Assembly (NCBI GenBank): GCA_963764725.1
Contig: CAVXTM010000005.1
Location: forward strand, 1 to 64,000
Direction: 5' to 3'
From: an uncultured Gammaproteobacteria bacterium
GTDB lineage: Bacteria; Pseudomonadota; Gammaproteobacteria; JACCXJ01
DNA length: 64,000 nucleotides
Shown: piece by piece, positions 1-11,723 of the stretch
Layout: every line of letters begins with the position of its first letter
How positions within the stretch are numbered: position 1 is the first letter of the stretch
Position numbers and translations under genes: made by a program
The notes under the pieces: generated by a model
The model's database searches: none
Told to the model about the DNA's origin: nothing
What the model saw: the letters and a program-made list of their open reading frames with translations, nothing else

Positions 1-32
1 GGCAGTGCTCTACCAGGCTGAGCTACACCCCG
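1..32 (-). tRNA. 5' part of a tRNA, probably tRNA-Pro; truncated by the window edge
   Basis: Reverse complement reads CGGGGTGTAGCTCAGCCTGGTAGAGCACTGCC (acceptor 5' strand plus D-arm). C1 and this D-arm are typical of tRNA-Pro, but the anticodon is outside the window. Confidence 0.8.
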
Positions 33-43
33 ATGGGTAGATA

Positions 44-1012
44 TTAAGAGGGGCGGTTGACCGCGAAATCCGCGAGCACGCGCAAGGCCTCGTAGTGCCG
101 CGAAGGCGCAAGCCCCTCGATCATACTGAGGGCGTCGCCGGCTTCGGCACGCGCAAGGCGCGCAGTGTACGCGATGGCGCCGGTGGCTTCAATCGCCCGC
201 ATCACCGCGCCCGTGTGCTCGCGCCCCCCCTTTTCGATGGCCGTGCGAACCACGGCTCGCTGTTCCGCATCGCCGTGCCACAGGGCGTAAAGCAAGGGCA
301 GCGTCGGTTTACCTTCCGCCAGATCATCGCCGATGTTCTTTCCCAGTTGCTCGGAGGTGGCGCTGTAGTCAAGCACGTCATCAATGAGCTGATAGGCGGT
401 GCCCACATGCCGGCCGTAGCTGGCCATCGCCTGTTCTTGCTCGGGGCTGCCATGACTGAGGACAACCCCGAGCCGGCCGGCCGCCTCGAAGAGCTTGGCG
501 GTCTTATTGTGGATGATGGTGAGGTAGCGGGCCTCCGTAGTCTCCGGATCATGGCAGTTGACCAACTGCATGACCTCGCCTTCGGCGATGGTGTTGGTCG
601 CATCCGCGAGGATCTCCATCACCCGCATATTGCGGACCTCCACCATCATCTGGAAGGCCCGCGAATAAAGGAAATCGCCGACCAACACGCTCGCCTCGCT
701 CCCCCAAACCAGGTTGGCCGTTTCCTGTCCGCGGCGCATCTCCGAGGCGTCCACCACATCGTCGTGGAGCAAGGTCGCGGTGTGGATCAACTCCACGATC
801 GCGGCCATATCGATGTGATGCCGCCCCTGATAGCCATGCGCGTGCGCGCTCAGTATCGCCAATACCGGACGCAGTCGCTTACCGCCGCTATTGACGATGT
901 AGTGGCTAAGTTGATTGATCAGGGTAACGTCCGAATACAGGCGCGCTTTGATCAGACGGTCGACGGCCGCTATGTCTTCGGCGACCAGCGCGCGTAGGGT
1001 CTCGATGTTCAT
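44..1012 (-). CDS. ispB: Octaprenyl diphosphate synthase
   Basis: GGKRLRP, LLHDDVVD and QLIDDVLD motifs; divergent from rplU as usual. Start placed at MNIETL (ATG 1012). Confidence 0.95.
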   Translation of the reverse strand: MNIETLRALVAEDIAAVDRLIKARLYSDVTLINQLSHYIVNSGGKRLRPVLAILSAHAHGYQGRHHIDMAAIVELIHTATLLHDDVVDASEMRRGQETANLVWGSEASVLVGDFLYSRAFQMMVEVRNMRVMEILADATNTIAEGEVMQLVNCHDPETTEARYLTIIHNKTAKLFEAAGRLGVVLSHGSPEQEQAMASYGRHVGTAYQLIDDVLDYSATSEQLGKNIGDDLAEGKPTLPLLYALWHGDAEQRAVVRTAIEKGGREHTGAVMRAIEATGAIAYTARLARAEAGDALSMIEGLAPSRHYEALRVLADFAVNRPS

Positions 1013-1110
1013 GCGGTTCTGCCGGGCCCTGGCTATTGGACGGGGCATTGTGCCAATACGGGGGTTGAATTTCCACGGCCCATAGGGGATCGGTCTTGAA
1101 CGGCGCTTAC

Positions 1111-1139
1111 TTGTGCGCTGCGCGCGGATCTCGTAAAAT
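1111..1139 (+). promoter_or_regulatory. Putative sigma70 promoter of rplU-rpmA
   Basis: TTGTGC-17 bp-TAAAAT, about 50 bp upstream of the rplU ATG. Confidence 0.5.
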
Positions 1140-1191
1140 CGCCTCTCCATTCGGTGAAGAGCGATGGGATCACGGTGACCGGGAATTGACC

Positions 1192-1521
1192 ATGCTAGCG
1201 GTGCTCAAGACGGGCGGTAAGCAATACGCAGTTCAAGAAAAAGATACGATTTTGGTCGAACGCATCGCGGGCGATGTGGGTGCGAGCGTGGAGTTGCGCG
1301 AGATATTCCTGATCAAGGACGGCGCGCAGGTGACCTTGGGCACGCCGGTGGTGGGCGGTGCGGTGGTCGAGGCCGAAATCACCGCGCAACCGCGCAGTGC
1401 GAAGATCATGGTCGTTAAATTCAAGCGCCGTAAGCACTACCGTAAGCAGATGGGGCATCGGCAGAACCTCACGGAGCTTACGATTCGGTCGATCCGTGGT
1501 TCGCCAGAAATGCATGGCTAA
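1192..1521 (+). CDS. rplU: 50S ribosomal protein L21
   Basis: MLAVLKTGGKQY...KFKRRKHYRKQMGHRQ. Confidence 0.97.
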   Translation: MLAVLKTGGKQYAVQEKDTILVERIAGDVGASVELREIFLIKDGAQVTLGTPVVGGAVVEAEITAQPRSAKIMVVKFKRRKHYRKQMGHRQNLTELTIRSIRGSPEMHG

Positions 1522-1538
1522 GGGAGCGTTGAAACACG

Positions 1539-1796
1539 ATGGCACATAAGAAGGCGGGTGGCAGCACGCGTAACGGCCGGGACTCCGAATCGAAACGGCT
1601 CGGGGTCAAGCGCTTTGGGGGACAATGGGTCGAAGCGGGCAACATTCTCGTCCGGCAGCGCGGCACCCGCATTCACGCTGGGGTGAACGTGGGGTGTGGC
1701 CGCGACCACACGCTGTTTGCCTTGGCACCGGGACGGGTCGTCTTCGCGCCGAAGGGGCCAAGAACCCGTACTTATGTGAGCGTAATGCCGCAATAA
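1539..1796 (+). CDS. rpmA: 50S ribosomal protein L27
   Basis: [24 protein letters not shown]. Confidence 0.98.
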   Translation: MAHKKAGGSTRNGRDSESKRLGVKRFGGQWVEAGNILVRQRGTRIHAGVNVGCGRDHTLFALAPGRVVFAPKGPRTRTYVSVMPQ

Positions 1797-1816
1797 AGCG
1801 GCGCGTTGGCGCTTTC

Positions 1817-1846
1817 AAAAGCCCCGTCCCGGACGGGGTTTTTTTT
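1817..1846 (+). terminator. Intrinsic terminator between rpmA and obgE
   Basis: AAAAGCCCCGTCC-C-GGACGGGGT followed by a T run. Confidence 0.8.
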
Positions 1847-1863
1847 GATGCGGTGGATGATCG

Positions 1864-2910
1864 GTGAAATTTGTCGATGAAGCGCGGATCCGCGTCGAGG
1901 CGGGGGCTGGGGGCGACGGTTGCCTGAGCTTTCGGCGTGAGAAGTTCATCCCCTTCGGAGGTCCGAACGGGGGAGATGGCGGGGATGGCGGCCATGTCGT
2001 TCTGGAAGTCGCCGAGGGCCTGAACACGCTCGTGGAATTTCGCTATAAGCGCCGGTTTTGCGCGCAAAACGGGCACGCAGGCATGGGTAAGGACTGCTCG
2101 GGACACGCCGGCGCCGATTGCATCGTCCGGGTACCCGCGGGCACGGTGGTTTATGACGCGGACAGCGATGAGTTGCTAGGCGATCTCGTGGCTCCCAAGC
2201 AACGCCTTGTGGTGGCGCGGGGCGGACTGCACGGCATAGGGAATACGCGTTTTAAGAGCAGCACCAACCGCGCGCCTCGCAAGATCACCCATGGCCAACC
2301 GGGCGAAGCCCGCAATTTACGCATCGAGCTCAAACTGCTGGCGGATGTGGGCCTCACAGGCATGCCGAATGCCGGTAAATCGAGTCTCATTCGAGCGGTG
2401 TCGGCGGCGCGCCCCAAGATCGCCGGCTATTTTTTCACGACACTTTATCCGCACCTCGGTATGGTGCGCGTCGATAGCGAACGCAGTTTCGTCATCGCCG
2501 ATGTGCCGGGTCTCATCGAAGGGGCGAGCGAGGGCGCGGGCCTCGGCGTGCGGTTCTTGAAGCATTTGGCGCGTACTCGGCTGCTATTGCATGTGGTCGA
2601 TATCGGGACACCGGATCGAGTCGAGGACGTCGTCGCCAGGATCCGGGCGGTGGAGGAGGAAATCCGCAGGTTCAGCGACCAGCTCTATGCGCGAGAGCGG
2701 TGGTTAGTCCTCAACAAGGTGGATTTGCTGGCGGCCGCCGATCGTAAAGCATGCACTGGAGGAATCGTCTCGGCCTTGGCGTGGACCGGGCGAGTGTTCG
2801 AGATCTCGGCCTTGAGCAGGGAAGGTTGTCCGGCGCTCGTCTACGCGATCCAAACGCGGTTGGACGCACTTTGCCGATCGGGACAAGCCGTCGCGTGCGC
2901 GCAACAATGA
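1864..2910 (+). CDS. obgE: GTPase ObgE/CgtA
   Basis: Gly-rich Obg fold, [17 protein letters not shown]; follows rpmA. Confidence 0.96.
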   Translation: MKFVDEARIRVEAGAGGDGCLSFRREKFIPFGGPNGGDGGDGGHVVLEVAEGLNTLVEFRYKRRFCAQNGHAGMGKDCSGHAGADCIVRVPAGTVVYDADSDELLGDLVAPKQRLVVARGGLHGIGNTRFKSSTNRAPRKITHGQPGEARNLRIELKLLADVGLTGMPNAGKSSLIRAVSAARPKIAGYFFTTLYPHLGMVRVDSERSFVIADVPGLIEGASEGAGLGVRFLKHLARTRLLLHVVDIGTPDRVEDVVARIRAVEEEIRRFSDQLYARERWLVLNKVDLLAAADRKACTGGIVSALAWTGRVFEISALSREGCPALVYAIQTRLDALCRSGQAVACAQQ

Positions 2911-4037
2911 GTACCGGGCCGGAGAGAACAGATCTCGGCGCTTCCAGGCGCTGGGTGGTTAAGATCGGTAGCTCGCTTGCCACCAATAATGGCGCCGGTC
3001 TGCGCGCCGAATCCCTGGGGGTCTGGGTCGCGCAGATGGCGATGCTCTGCCACCAAGGGCGCGAAATCGTAGTCGTGACATCGGGCGCCGTCGCCGAAGG
3101 CGTGGTCCGGCTCGGCTGGGCGAGCCGGCCGCATGCTCTGCACGAGCTTCAGGCCGCCGCGGCCATCGGCCAGATGGGGCTCATCCAGACCTACGAAGCG
3201 TGTTTTCAGCGTCATGACTTGCACACGGCACAAGTGCTCCTGACCCATGCGGACTTGGCGCACCGGCAGCGCTATCTGAACGCCCGCAGCACGCTGCGCA
3301 CGCTTTTGGCGCTGCGGGTCGTACCGGTGGTTAACGAGAACGATACCGTGGCCACCGAAGAGATCCGGGTAGGCGACAACGATACGCTCGCGGGGCTTGT
3401 GTCTAATCTCATCGAGGCCACGCTACTCGTGATCCTGACCGATCAGGAGGGCTTACACGAACGCGATCCGCGCGCCGATCCGCGGGCACGGATGATCGGG
3501 CAGGCACGCGCTGGCGATCCCGCTCTCATCGCCATGGTGGGCGAGGACACCCGGCTTGGACGCGGCGGTATGCGGACGAAACTCGCGGCGGCGGCGCTCG
3601 CGGCACGCTCCGGTACAGCGACCATTATCGCGTCCGGCCATACGCCCGAGGTCCTGATCGGGATCGCGGCCGGTGCGGAGACCGGTACTTTGCTCGTCCC
3701 CGGCGAGGGTCCGCTGGCGGCCCGCAAACAGTGGCTCGCCGGGGGCCTGAAACCACGCGGCCGCTTGGTCTTGGATGCGGGTGCTGCGCGCGTGCTGCTT
3801 ACGGCTGGGCGGAGCTTGCTGGCCGTGGGTGTGACCGAGGTAGAAGGCGACTTCGGGCGCGGTGAACTGGTCTGTTGCGTGGACCCCGAGGGACGGGAGA
3901 TCGCGCGCGGCCTTATCAATTACTCAGCGCAGGAGACGGTGCGGATTAGAGGCCAATCGAGCGACCGCATCGAGGCCGTTCTCGGTTACGTGGACGAGCC
4001 GGAGCTGATTCACCGTGATAACCTCGTGCTGCTCTAG
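2907..4037 (+). CDS. proB: Glutamate 5-kinase with PUA domain
   Basis: VVKIGSS, NENDTV, GDND, GGMRTKL; ATGA overlap with the obgE stop. Confidence 0.96.
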   Translation: MSTGPERTDLGASRRWVVKIGSSLATNNGAGLRAESLGVWVAQMAMLCHQGREIVVVTSGAVAEGVVRLGWASRPHALHELQAAAAIGQMGLIQTYEACFQRHDLHTAQVLLTHADLAHRQRYLNARSTLRTLLALRVVPVVNENDTVATEEIRVGDNDTLAGLVSNLIEATLLVILTDQEGLHERDPRADPRARMIGQARAGDPALIAMVGEDTRLGRGGMRTKLAAAALAARSGTATIIASGHTPEVLIGIAAGAETGTLLVPGEGPLAARKQWLAGGLKPRGRLVLDAGAARVLLTAGRSLLAVGVTEVEGDFGRGELVCCVDPEGREIARGLINYSAQETVRIRGQSSDRIEAVLGYVDEPELIHRDNLVLL

Positions 4038-4108
4038 GGAACCTCTGCAAAGTTACTGCACAGCCCATCTGCTTTGTCGCTTGCTCGCGACACTTTGCAG
4101 AGGATCCC
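4037..4108. repeat. Short MITE (family A), internally deleted relative to the 13.4 kb copy
   Basis: Terminal IRs GGAACCTCTGCAAAGT / ACTTTGCAGAGGATCC. Interior CCCATCTGCTTTGTCGC is the reverse complement of the interior of the 13356-13499 element. Confidence 0.75.
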
Positions 4109-4128
4109 AAGTAGATAATCTGCTGGCG

Positions 4129-4392
4129 CTACCCCAAGGCGCGGATCGCGAGATGCAGGCGTGTCTTATGCCGCGCCGCCTTGTTCTTATGAATGATTCG
4201 CTTGGTCGCCATGCGATCGATAATGGGCACCGCCGCCTTATAACTCGCCGTGGCGCCGTCCTTGTCGTTTTGCCGAATCGCGCGCACGACCTTCTTGATC
4301 ATCGAACGCAGCAGGGAGCGCTGGCTGACGTTGCTCGCCCGGCGTTTTTCGGCTTGCCGGGCGCGTTTGCGGGCAGAGGGACAATTAGCCAA
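4129..4392 (-). CDS. rpsT: 30S ribosomal protein S20
   Basis: ANCPSARKRARQAEKRR...IHKNKAARHK; TTG start at 4392 preceded by GGAG. Confidence 0.95.
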   Translation of the reverse strand: MANCPSARKRARQAEKRRASNVSQRSLLRSMIKKVVRAIRQNDKDGATASYKAAVPIIDRMATKRIIHKNKAARHKTRLHLAIRALG

Positions 4393-4428
4393 CCTGATCT
4401 CCAATACCAATGTGTTAAGTGGGCCGGA

Positions 4429-4457
4429 ACTATGCGTATTCCACGCGCCGATGTCAA
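4429..4457 (-). promoter_or_regulatory. sigma70 promoter of rpsT
   Basis: TTGACA-17 bp-CATAGT on the minus strand. Confidence 0.65.
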
Positions 4458-4509
4458 TGACGGCAATATCTGCCCGCCCGTTCCTGTGCTATCGTTATGA
4501 GCGGCGATT

Positions 4510-4627
4510 AAATATACCCCGGCGTACTGCGGGCACTTTAGCATTGGGGTTTCCAAAGGGAGTAGTGCAACTCTCCCCTTTGGTCAATAACGGGTTTCAT
4601 ACCCCGCCCGCGAAGTAAAATTGATTT
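4510..4627 (+). repeat. Degenerate copy of palindromic repeat family B
   Basis: Shares GGGGTTTCCAAA, GGGTTTCATACCCC and GCGAAGTAAAATTGATTT with 61553-61668. Confidence 0.6.
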
Positions 4628-4640
4628 CAGGGGCGACACG

Positions 4641-6188
4641 CTGAGCATACGCTTATTTCGTTCCACCGCGACCGTGGGGGGTATGACCGTGATCTCGCGC
4701 GTGCTGGGGTTCATGCGCGACATGGTCGTCGCGACACTCTTCGGCGCGGGTTTTGTGGCAGACGCGTTTTTTGTGGCGTTTCGCATTCCCAATCTATTTC
4801 GGCGCCTGTTCGCGGAAGGCGCCTTCTCGCAGGCGTTCGTGCCGGTCTTGTCGGAATACCGAAACCAGCGTACGCAAGCGGAGACCAAACATCTCGTCGA
4901 TCACACCGCAGGCACCCTCGCCGGGTGGCTGGGATTAGCGACCGTGGTCGGCATTGTGACGGCGCCCGTTCTGGTGCTGGTGTTTGCTCCCGGATTTACG
5001 GCCAATCCGGACAAATACGCGCTGACCGTCGATATGCTCAAGATCACCTTTCCGTATCTGCTGTTTATCTCGCTCGCGGGGTTCGCCTCCGGCATCTTGC
5101 AGACCTACGGCCGTTTTGCAGTCCCGGCCTTTACCCCGGCGTTTTTGAACCTCAGCATCATGGGCGCGGCGATCTGGCTCGCGCCCCATATGCAACAGCC
5201 GGTCGTGGCCTTGGCCTGGGGGGTTTTCGTGGGCGGGGCGGTGCAATTGTTATTTCAACTGCCGTTCTTGCTGCCGCTGAAACTGCTCCCGCGGCCGCGT
5301 ATCAAGCGCGGCGATGAAGGCGTCCGGCGTATACTGACCTTGATGGGACCCGCGATTTTCGGGGTCTCGGTGGCCCAGATCAATCTCCTTATCGACACGT
5401 TGCTCGCGTCGTTTTTAGTCACCGGGAGCGTCTCATGGCTGTACTATTCGGACCGGCTGGTGGAATTTCCCCTAGGGGTTTTCGGGGTCGCGTTGGCGAC
5501 GGTGATCTTGCCGAGCCTCGCCGACAAGCACACCCGCGGCTCAGCCGAGTCGTTCGCGGGCACCCTCGATTGGGCGCTGCGGTGCGTGCTCGTCATCGCT
5601 TTGCCGGCGGCGCTCGGCATTGCGCTCCTCGCGGGCCCCATGCTGTGCACGCTGTTTCAATACGGCGAATTCAGCGCCCACGATGTCGAGATGTCCTCCC
5701 GCAGTCTCATCGCCTTTGCTTTCGGACTTCTCGCTTTCGTATTTATCAAGGTGCTCGCGCCGGGATATTACGCCCGGCAGGATACCCGCACCCCGGTCCG
5801 CGTGGGTGTGATCGCCATGCTGACGAATATTCTGCTCAACGCGCTGCTCATTTGGCCCTTAGCGCATGCGGGATTGGCGCTGGCGACTTCGCTCAGCGCC
5901 TATATTAACGCGGCCTTGTTGTACCGTGGTTTGCATCAAGCCAACATTTACCGGCCGCTTCCCGGATGGGGCATGTTTCTCGCGCGTGTGATCGTGGCCG
6001 CGGCGCTGATGACCCTGTTGTTGCTGCTCGGCCGCGGGGAAATCGGCGAGTGGCACCATTGGACCGCCGCCGAGCGGGCGCTACGGCTGATCGCATTGAT
6101 CGCCTCGGCCGGGTTCGTGTATGTGGGCGCGTTGTGGGTGGGTGGATTGCGGTGGGAACATATGCGCGCGTTTCACCCCTCGGTATAA
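4641..6188 (+). CDS. murJ: Lipid II flippase MurJ/MviN
   Basis: SRVLGFMRD, FRIPNLFRRLFAEGAFSQAFVP and multiple TM helices. Family similarity extends upstream of 4674 to an in-frame CTG at 4641. Confidence 0.95.
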   Translation: MSIRLFRSTATVGGMTVISRVLGFMRDMVVATLFGAGFVADAFFVAFRIPNLFRRLFAEGAFSQAFVPVLSEYRNQRTQAETKHLVDHTAGTLAGWLGLATVVGIVTAPVLVLVFAPGFTANPDKYALTVDMLKITFPYLLFISLAGFASGILQTYGRFAVPAFTPAFLNLSIMGAAIWLAPHMQQPVVALAWGVFVGGAVQLLFQLPFLLPLKLLPRPRIKRGDEGVRRILTLMGPAIFGVSVAQINLLIDTLLASFLVTGSVSWLYYSDRLVEFPLGVFGVALATVILPSLADKHTRGSAESFAGTLDWALRCVLVIALPAALGIALLAGPMLCTLFQYGEFSAHDVEMSSRSLIAFAFGLLAFVFIKVLAPGYYARQDTRTPVRVGVIAMLTNILLNALLIWPLAHAGLALATSLSAYINAALLYRGLHQANIYRPLPGWGMFLARVIVAAALMTLLLLLGRGEIGEWHHWTAAERALRLIALIASAGFVYVGALWVGGLRWEHMRAFHPSV

Positions 6189-6189
6189 T
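6184..6189 (+). promoter_or_regulatory. Possible -10 box for ribF-ileS-lspA-ispH
   Basis: Perfect TATAAT 16 bp before the ribF ATG; no clear -35. Confidence 0.4.
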
Positions 6190-6205
6190 CGCAGTACGTG
6201 CGGCG

Positions 6206-7159
6206 ATGGAATTGATCCGGCGAATCGCGGGCTTGCCGTCAAGGCAGCGCGGGTGCGTGGCCAGCGTTGGAAATTTCGATGGCGTGCACTTGGGCCATCA
6301 AGCGGTTTGCTCCGAGATCAAACGCGTTGGGGGGCGCCTCGGGTTGGCGACCGCGGTGATCGTCTTCGAACCGCAACCCCAGGAGTACTTCCAGTTTGAC
6401 GCTGCCCCGCCGCGCTTGACGCGGCTGCGGGAAAAGTACGAGCTTTTGAAAGCTCAGGATATTGATCGATTCGTTTGCTTGCGTTTCGACCAAGCGTTCG
6501 CGGAGCTGCCGGCACAGGCATTCGTGAAACAGATTTTGGTGTCGGGGCTCGGGGTGCGGAGCGTGGTGGCCGGCGATGATTTTCGCTTCGGCAAGGGACG
6601 CGAAGGCGATTATGGGATGCTGGTGGCCTTGGGATCGCGCTACGGGTTTAGCGTGGTGCAACCGCCGGTGTTTAAGATCGCCGGGGAGCGCGTGAGCAGT
6701 ACCCAGGTGCGGCGGTCGCTCGCCGAGGGGGACATGGCACGGGCGCGGCGCCTCCTCGGCCGTGGTTACGCGATCCGCGGGCGGATAGCCCAGGGACAGA
6801 AGCAAGGTCATGCGTTGGGGTTTGCGACGGCGAATATCGAGCTGCGCCGAAACCGATCGCCGCTGCGCGGGATCTTCGCCGCAAGGGTGAGCGGGCTCAG
6901 ACGGACTCCCTTACCCGGGGTGGCGTATCTCGGTTGCAAGCCCGCGTTGGGCGGAACCCGCGATCTCTTGGAGGTACATATTTTTGATTTTTCTCAAGAC
7001 TGCTATGGAAAGGACGTGGCCGTGGAGTTTGTCGCTAAGCTGAGGGATGATCGGCGCTTCGAGTCGGTGGAAGCCCTGACACACCAAATAGCGCTCGACG
7101 TTGAGCAAGCCAGAAGACTATTAAGACAAGTGCGCGCCTGCGACGACCTCCCCGTATGA
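6206..7159 (+). CDS. ribF: Bifunctional riboflavin kinase / FAD synthetase
   Basis: [33 protein letters not shown]. Confidence 0.96.
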   Translation: MELIRRIAGLPSRQRGCVASVGNFDGVHLGHQAVCSEIKRVGGRLGLATAVIVFEPQPQEYFQFDAAPPRLTRLREKYELLKAQDIDRFVCLRFDQAFAELPAQAFVKQILVSGLGVRSVVAGDDFRFGKGREGDYGMLVALGSRYGFSVVQPPVFKIAGERVSSTQVRRSLAEGDMARARRLLGRGYAIRGRIAQGQKQGHALGFATANIELRRNRSPLRGIFAARVSGLRRTPLPGVAYLGCKPALGGTRDLLEVHIFDFSQDCYGKDVAVEFVAKLRDDRRFESVEALTHQIALDVEQARRLLRQVRACDDLPV

Positions 7160-9978
7160 GCGACTATAAGAAGACGCTTAACCTGCCGCGCACGGACTTT
7201 CCCATGCGGGCCAATCTTGCCGAACGCGAGCCGGCGATGCTAAAACGCTGGCAGGATCTCGGCCTGTATGCACGCATTCGCGCACGCCGCAAAGGCGCCC
7301 AGGACTATGTTCTCCATGACGGGCCGCCGTATGCGAACGGAGATATCCATATCGGGCATGCGGTCAACAAGGTGCTCAAGGACATCATCGTCAAAGCAAG
7401 AACGCTAAGCGGTTTCAATGCGGAGTATGTTCCTGGGTGGGATTGCCACGGTCTGCCCATCGAATTGATGGTGGAACAGCAGTCAGGTAAAGCGGGTGAC
7501 CAGATTTCGCCCAAAGCCTTTCGTGAAGCTTGCCGCGCCTACGCTCGCACGCACGTCGATAGGCAGCGCGCGGATTTTATCCGTTTGGGCGTTTTCGGCG
7601 ACTGGGACCAGCCCTATCAGACGATGGACTACCGTTACGAGGCCGATATCATCCGCGCCCTCGGCCGCATTATTCTGGGAGGCCATCTGCAGCGCGGCGT
7701 CAAACCCGTGCACTGGTGTACGGATTGCGGATCGGCCTTGGCTGAGGCAGAGGTCGAGTATCAAGACCGCGACTCGCCCGCCATCGATGTGCGTTTTGCG
7801 GTGCTGGACGAGGCCAGCCTTTTGGAACGCTGTCATCACCTCCCCGAGCACGAGGGGAGCGGCCCGCTGTCGGTGGTCATTTGGACTACCACGCCATGGA
7901 CCCTACCGGCCAACCACGGGGTGGCCGTCAATCCGGAGCTCGACTATGCGGTGGTTCAATGTCACGGACCGCGCGGTGTCGAGCGCCTGGTGCTCGCCGA
8001 CGCCTTGATGAAGGACACCCTGTATCGCTATGGCATCGAAGAGTATCGAGTCATTGCTTACAGCGGTGGCCAGGCGCTCGAGGGTTTGGTTTTGCAACAC
8101 CCGTTTTACCGCCGCGAAGTACCTGTCATACTCGCGACCCATGTCACAACCGAGGCCGGCACCGGCGCTGTACACACCGCACCGGGCCATGGCCAAGACG
8201 ACTATGTTGTGGGTAAGCGCTATGGCTTAGCGGTGGACAACCCCATCGGCGGTGACGGCCGCTTTCTTCCGGGCACGGAGCTCTTCGCCGGCGAGCATGT
8301 GTGGGCCGCAAATGAACATATCATTCAGGTGCTGAAAGCGCGTGGCGCGCTCGTGCACCACGAGGTTTTCAGGCATAGCTATCCGCACTGCTGGCGGCAT
8401 CGCACGCCGATCATTTTCCGGGCGACACCGCAATGGTTCATCAGCTTGGACGCGCAGGGGCTGCGATCCCAGGCCTTGGCCGAGATCGCGAGGGTGAGTT
8501 GGATCCCGGAGTGGGGCCGGCTGCGCATCTGCGGCATGGTCGAAAAGCGCCCGGACTGGTGTATTTCCCGTCAACGCACCTGGGGCGTGCCGATGGCCTT
8601 GTTCGTTCACAGAACCACCGGTGAGTTACATCCCGACACCGGTCAATTGATCGAGGAGGTTGCCCGGCGCATCGAGCAGGACGGCATTGACGCCTGGTAC
8701 GATCTCGATACAACCGATCTGCTCGGCGAGGATGTGGCCTACTATGACAAGGTCACCGATACGCTCGACGTGTGGTTCGATTCGGGGGTTACCCATAGCT
8801 GCGTTTTGCAAAACGATGACCGCTTGCGCTATCCGGCCGATCTGTATCTCGAGGGCTCCGATCAACATCGCGGCTGGTTTCAGTCCTCCCTGCTTACGGC
8901 GGTCGCGATGCACGGTGTCGCGCCGTACAAGGCTGTATTGACGCATGGATTCACGGTTGATGCCGAGGGCATGAAAATGTCCAAGTCGCGGGGGAACGTC
9001 GTCGTTCCTCAGGAGGTCGTGAATACGCTAGGGGCCGATGTCTTACGGCTTTGGGTCGCGGCGACCGACTACAAGGCCGAGATGGCGGTGTCGGAGGAGA
9101 TCCTGAAACGCATCGCCGATGCCTACCGGCGTATTCGCAATACGGCCCGTTTCCTATTAGCCAACTTGGAGGGCTTCGACCCTGCCACCCACCGGGTAGC
9201 GCCTGAGAGGATGCTTATGCTCGACCGCTGGGTGTTGGCCTACGCTGCGCGCTTGCAGCAAGACGTGATTAACGCGTACGAGCAGTTTCAATTCCATCTC
9301 ATCTACCAAATGGTGCACAAGTTTTGCGCGCTGGAATTGGGGAGCTTCTATCTCGATATTATCAAGGACCGCCAGTACACGATGCCGCGCGAGAGCCCGG
9401 GACGGCGCTCGGCGCAGACCGCCATGTACCATATCGTCGAGGCGTTCACGCGCTGGCTGGCCCCAATTCTGAGCTTCACCGCGGATGAGATCTGGCCCTA
9501 CATTCCAGGCCACCGGGGCGAGTCGGTATTCCTAGAACAATGGTATCAAGTGCCGCGCATCCCGGACGACCGTTTCGATCCCCATCTTTGGGAGCAGGTG
9601 ATTACGGTGCGTGAGGCCGTCGCGAAGGAGCTCGAGGGTTTGCGAGTCGCGGGCCGGATCGGATCATCGCTGGACGCGGAGGTACACCTTTATTGCAATG
9701 GTGCGCTGTTCGATTCCTTAACCGCCTTCGAGGATGAGCTGCGGTTTGTCATGATCACAAGCGCCGCGCAGGTCCATGCGCTTACTCAGGCCGGGCAACA
9801 AACAAAGGAAACTGCGATCCCCGAGCTTAAGCTCGCGGCGCTACCCTCGGCGCAACCGAAGTGCGGCCGTTGTTGGCACCATCGGCACGATGTCGGCACC
9901 GACGCGGCCTTCCCGACCTTATGTGGCCGTTGTGTGACCAACGTAAACGGTCCGGGCGAAATCCGGCGTTATGCGTAG
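7156..9978 (+). CDS. ileS: Isoleucine--tRNA ligase
   Basis: HIGH and KMSKS motifs, DWCISRQR, C-terminal CGRCW...CGRC zinc finger. Confidence 0.98.
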   Translation: MSDYKKTLNLPRTDFPMRANLAEREPAMLKRWQDLGLYARIRARRKGAQDYVLHDGPPYANGDIHIGHAVNKVLKDIIVKARTLSGFNAEYVPGWDCHGLPIELMVEQQSGKAGDQISPKAFREACRAYARTHVDRQRADFIRLGVFGDWDQPYQTMDYRYEADIIRALGRIILGGHLQRGVKPVHWCTDCGSALAEAEVEYQDRDSPAIDVRFAVLDEASLLERCHHLPEHEGSGPLSVVIWTTTPWTLPANHGVAVNPELDYAVVQCHGPRGVERLVLADALMKDTLYRYGIEEYRVIAYSGGQALEGLVLQHPFYRREVPVILATHVTTEAGTGAVHTAPGHGQDDYVVGKRYGLAVDNPIGGDGRFLPGTELFAGEHVWAANEHIIQVLKARGALVHHEVFRHSYPHCWRHRTPIIFRATPQWFISLDAQGLRSQALAEIARVSWIPEWGRLRICGMVEKRPDWCISRQRTWGVPMALFVHRTTGELHPDTGQLIEEVARRIEQDGIDAWYDLDTTDLLGEDVAYYDKVTDTLDVWFDSGVTHSCVLQNDDRLRYPADLYLEGSDQHRGWFQSSLLTAVAMHGVAPYKAVLTHGFTVDAEGMKMSKSRGNVVVPQEVVNTLGADVLRLWVAATDYKAEMAVSEEILKRIADAYRRIRNTARFLLANLEGFDPATHRVAPERMLMLDRWVLAYAARLQQDVINAYEQFQFHLIYQMVHKFCALELGSFYLDIIKDRQYTMPRESPGRRSAQTAMYHIVEAFTRWLAPILSFTADEIWPYIPGHRGESVFLEQWYQVPRIPDDRFDPHLWEQVITVREAVAKELEGLRVAGRIGSSLDAEVHLYCNGALFDSLTAFEDELRFVMITSAAQVHALTQAGQQTKETAIPELKLAALPSAQPKCGRCWHHRHDVGTDAAFPTLCGRCVTNVNGPGEIRRYA

Positions 9979-9987
9979 GCGAGTTGG

Positions 9988-10521
9988 ATGATGGGGAGCG
10001 GCAAGAACAGAGACTGTGCTGAAGTGGAGGCGAACCTGGCGAGCGTCCCAGGCAGCGCCGCCAAGTGGCTCTTGCTCGCGACCGGAATTATTATCCTGGA
10101 TCGGTTAACCAAAGTCCTCGCGAGTCAGTATTTGACCTTGCACGAACCGCAGGCGCTGCTTCCGTCCCTCAATCTAACGCTCGTCCACAATACCGGCGCC
10201 GCCTTCAGCATCCTCGGGCAAGCGAGTGGCTGGCAACGGTGGCTGTTTATTTTTCTGGCGACGGCCGTCAGCCTAGGCATCGTGGTGTGGTTACTTAGAA
10301 CGCCCGCCGAGCGGCCGTGGATTGCGTGCGCGCTGGCATTTATCCTTGGGGGCGCGGTAGGCAATCTTTGGGATCGAGCCGTTTCCGGTTACGTCGTGGA
10401 TTTTATCGATGTATTTTACGGAGCCTGGCACTGGCCTGCTTTCAATATCGCGGATGCCGCCATCACGGTGGGAGCGGTGATGATCTTATATGACGGTTTG
10501 AAACGCGATGTATCGACATAA
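9988..10521 (+). CDS. lspA: Lipoprotein signal peptidase II
   Basis: NTGAAFS, GGAVGNLWDR, VVDFI, FNIAD. Confidence 0.96.
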   Translation: MMGSGKNRDCAEVEANLASVPGSAAKWLLLATGIIILDRLTKVLASQYLTLHEPQALLPSLNLTLVHNTGAAFSILGQASGWQRWLFIFLATAVSLGIVVWLLRTPAERPWIACALAFILGGAVGNLWDRAVSGYVVDFIDVFYGAWHWPAFNIADAAITVGAVMILYDGLKRDVST

Positions 10522-10574
10522 GGCTTTAGAAATCGTAGTGTGGCTAAATAAATGAGCGCCAGGAGAGTGCTGTG

Positions 10575-11528
10575 ATGAATATTGTACTAGCAAACCCGCG
10601 CGGTTTTTGTGCCGGAGTCGATCGCGCCATCGGTATTGTCGACCGGGCCTTGGAATTGTACGGCGCGCCGGTTTATGTACGCCACGAGGTAGTGCATAAC
10701 AAATATGTCGTGGACGGATTGCGCGAGAAAGGCGCCATATTCGTGGACGAGCTTCAGGATGTTCCGGATGAATCGGTGGTTATTTTCAGCGCCCATGGCG
10801 TTGCCAAGGCGGTGCGGGATGAAGCCGCGCACCGCCGACTGCGTGTGTTCGACGCGATTTGTCCGCTGGTGACGAAGGTACACATGGAGGTGGGCCACTA
10901 CCAAGATGAGGGAAGGGAGTGCATTCTAATTGGCCATGCCGGCCACCCGGAGGTGGAAGGCACCCTTGGGCAGTACCGGCGCGGGGATGGAGCAGGCGGT
11001 ATGTACCTGGTGGAATCCGTCCAAGATGTCTGGGACCTGCAAGTGAGAACCCCGGACTGCATCGCTTTTGTGACGCAAACCACGCTGTCGATGGACGATA
11101 CGGCGGAAGTGATCGATGCCCTAAGAGCGCGTTTCCCGAAAATCATTGGACCGAAGAAAGAGGACATCTGTTACGCCACGCAAAATCGCCAAGACGCGGT
11201 GAAGCGAATGGTCAAGGAATGTGACGTGATCCTCGTGGTGGGATCGCAAACCAGCTCGAACTCCACGCGCCTCAAAGAGATCGCGGAAAAGCAAGGGATC
11301 CCCGCGTACTTGATCGATAGCGCGGTCGAAATCGAACACGCATGGGTAAACGAAAAACAGACCATCGGCGTGACCGCGGGAGCATCGGCACCCGAGGTTC
11401 TAGTCGAGCAGGTGGTGCAAAAGCTAAAGGAATGGGGTGGCAGGACGGTTTTGGAGGCACCCGGCATACGCGAGCAAGTCGTGTTCAGTCTCCCGAGGGA
11501 GCTCGCCAAGAGATCAATGCGGACGTAG
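10575..11528 (+). CDS. ispH: 4-hydroxy-3-methylbut-2-enyl diphosphate reductase
   Basis: [28 protein letters not shown]. Confidence 0.97.
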   Translation: MNIVLANPRGFCAGVDRAIGIVDRALELYGAPVYVRHEVVHNKYVVDGLREKGAIFVDELQDVPDESVVIFSAHGVAKAVRDEAAHRRLRVFDAICPLVTKVHMEVGHYQDEGRECILIGHAGHPEVEGTLGQYRRGDGAGGMYLVESVQDVWDLQVRTPDCIAFVTQTTLSMDDTAEVIDALRARFPKIIGPKKEDICYATQNRQDAVKRMVKECDVILVVGSQTSSNSTRLKEIAEKQGIPAYLIDSAVEIEHAWVNEKQTIGVTAGASAPEVLVEQVVQKLKEWGGRTVLEAPGIREQVVFSLPRELAKRSMRT

Positions 11529-11571
11529 GTCGGACCCATCACGGCGCCCGCCGGCGATAGTCGGTTGGGAG

Positions 11572-11686
11572 AATCAATTTGATTTCGCCACCACGGGTGT
11601 GAACCCGAGGGGCGACCTAAGGGGAGGGCTGCGCCTCTCCCCTTGGGAAACCCCATGGGATCCTGTGGCAAGACCGCGGAATAAAT
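11572..11686 (-). repeat. Palindromic repeat family B (about 115 bp)
   Basis: Reverse complement of 61553-61668 (AATCAATTT.ATTTCGCCACCACGGG...GGAAACCCC...GGCAAGACCGCGG..AATAAAT). Confidence 0.8.
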
Positions 11687-11723
11687 GTAAACCTCCCGAA
11701 CGCCGATACATTACGGTCGTCGA

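Noticed and set aside
95-997. Many long antisense or alternative-frame ORFs (e.g. 95-997, 21498-22649, 48189-49049, 50014-50889)
   Set aside because: Expected in high-GC DNA opposite well-supported genes.
10521-10575. Absence of fkpB between lspA and ispH
   Set aside because: Ordinary lineage-level variation.
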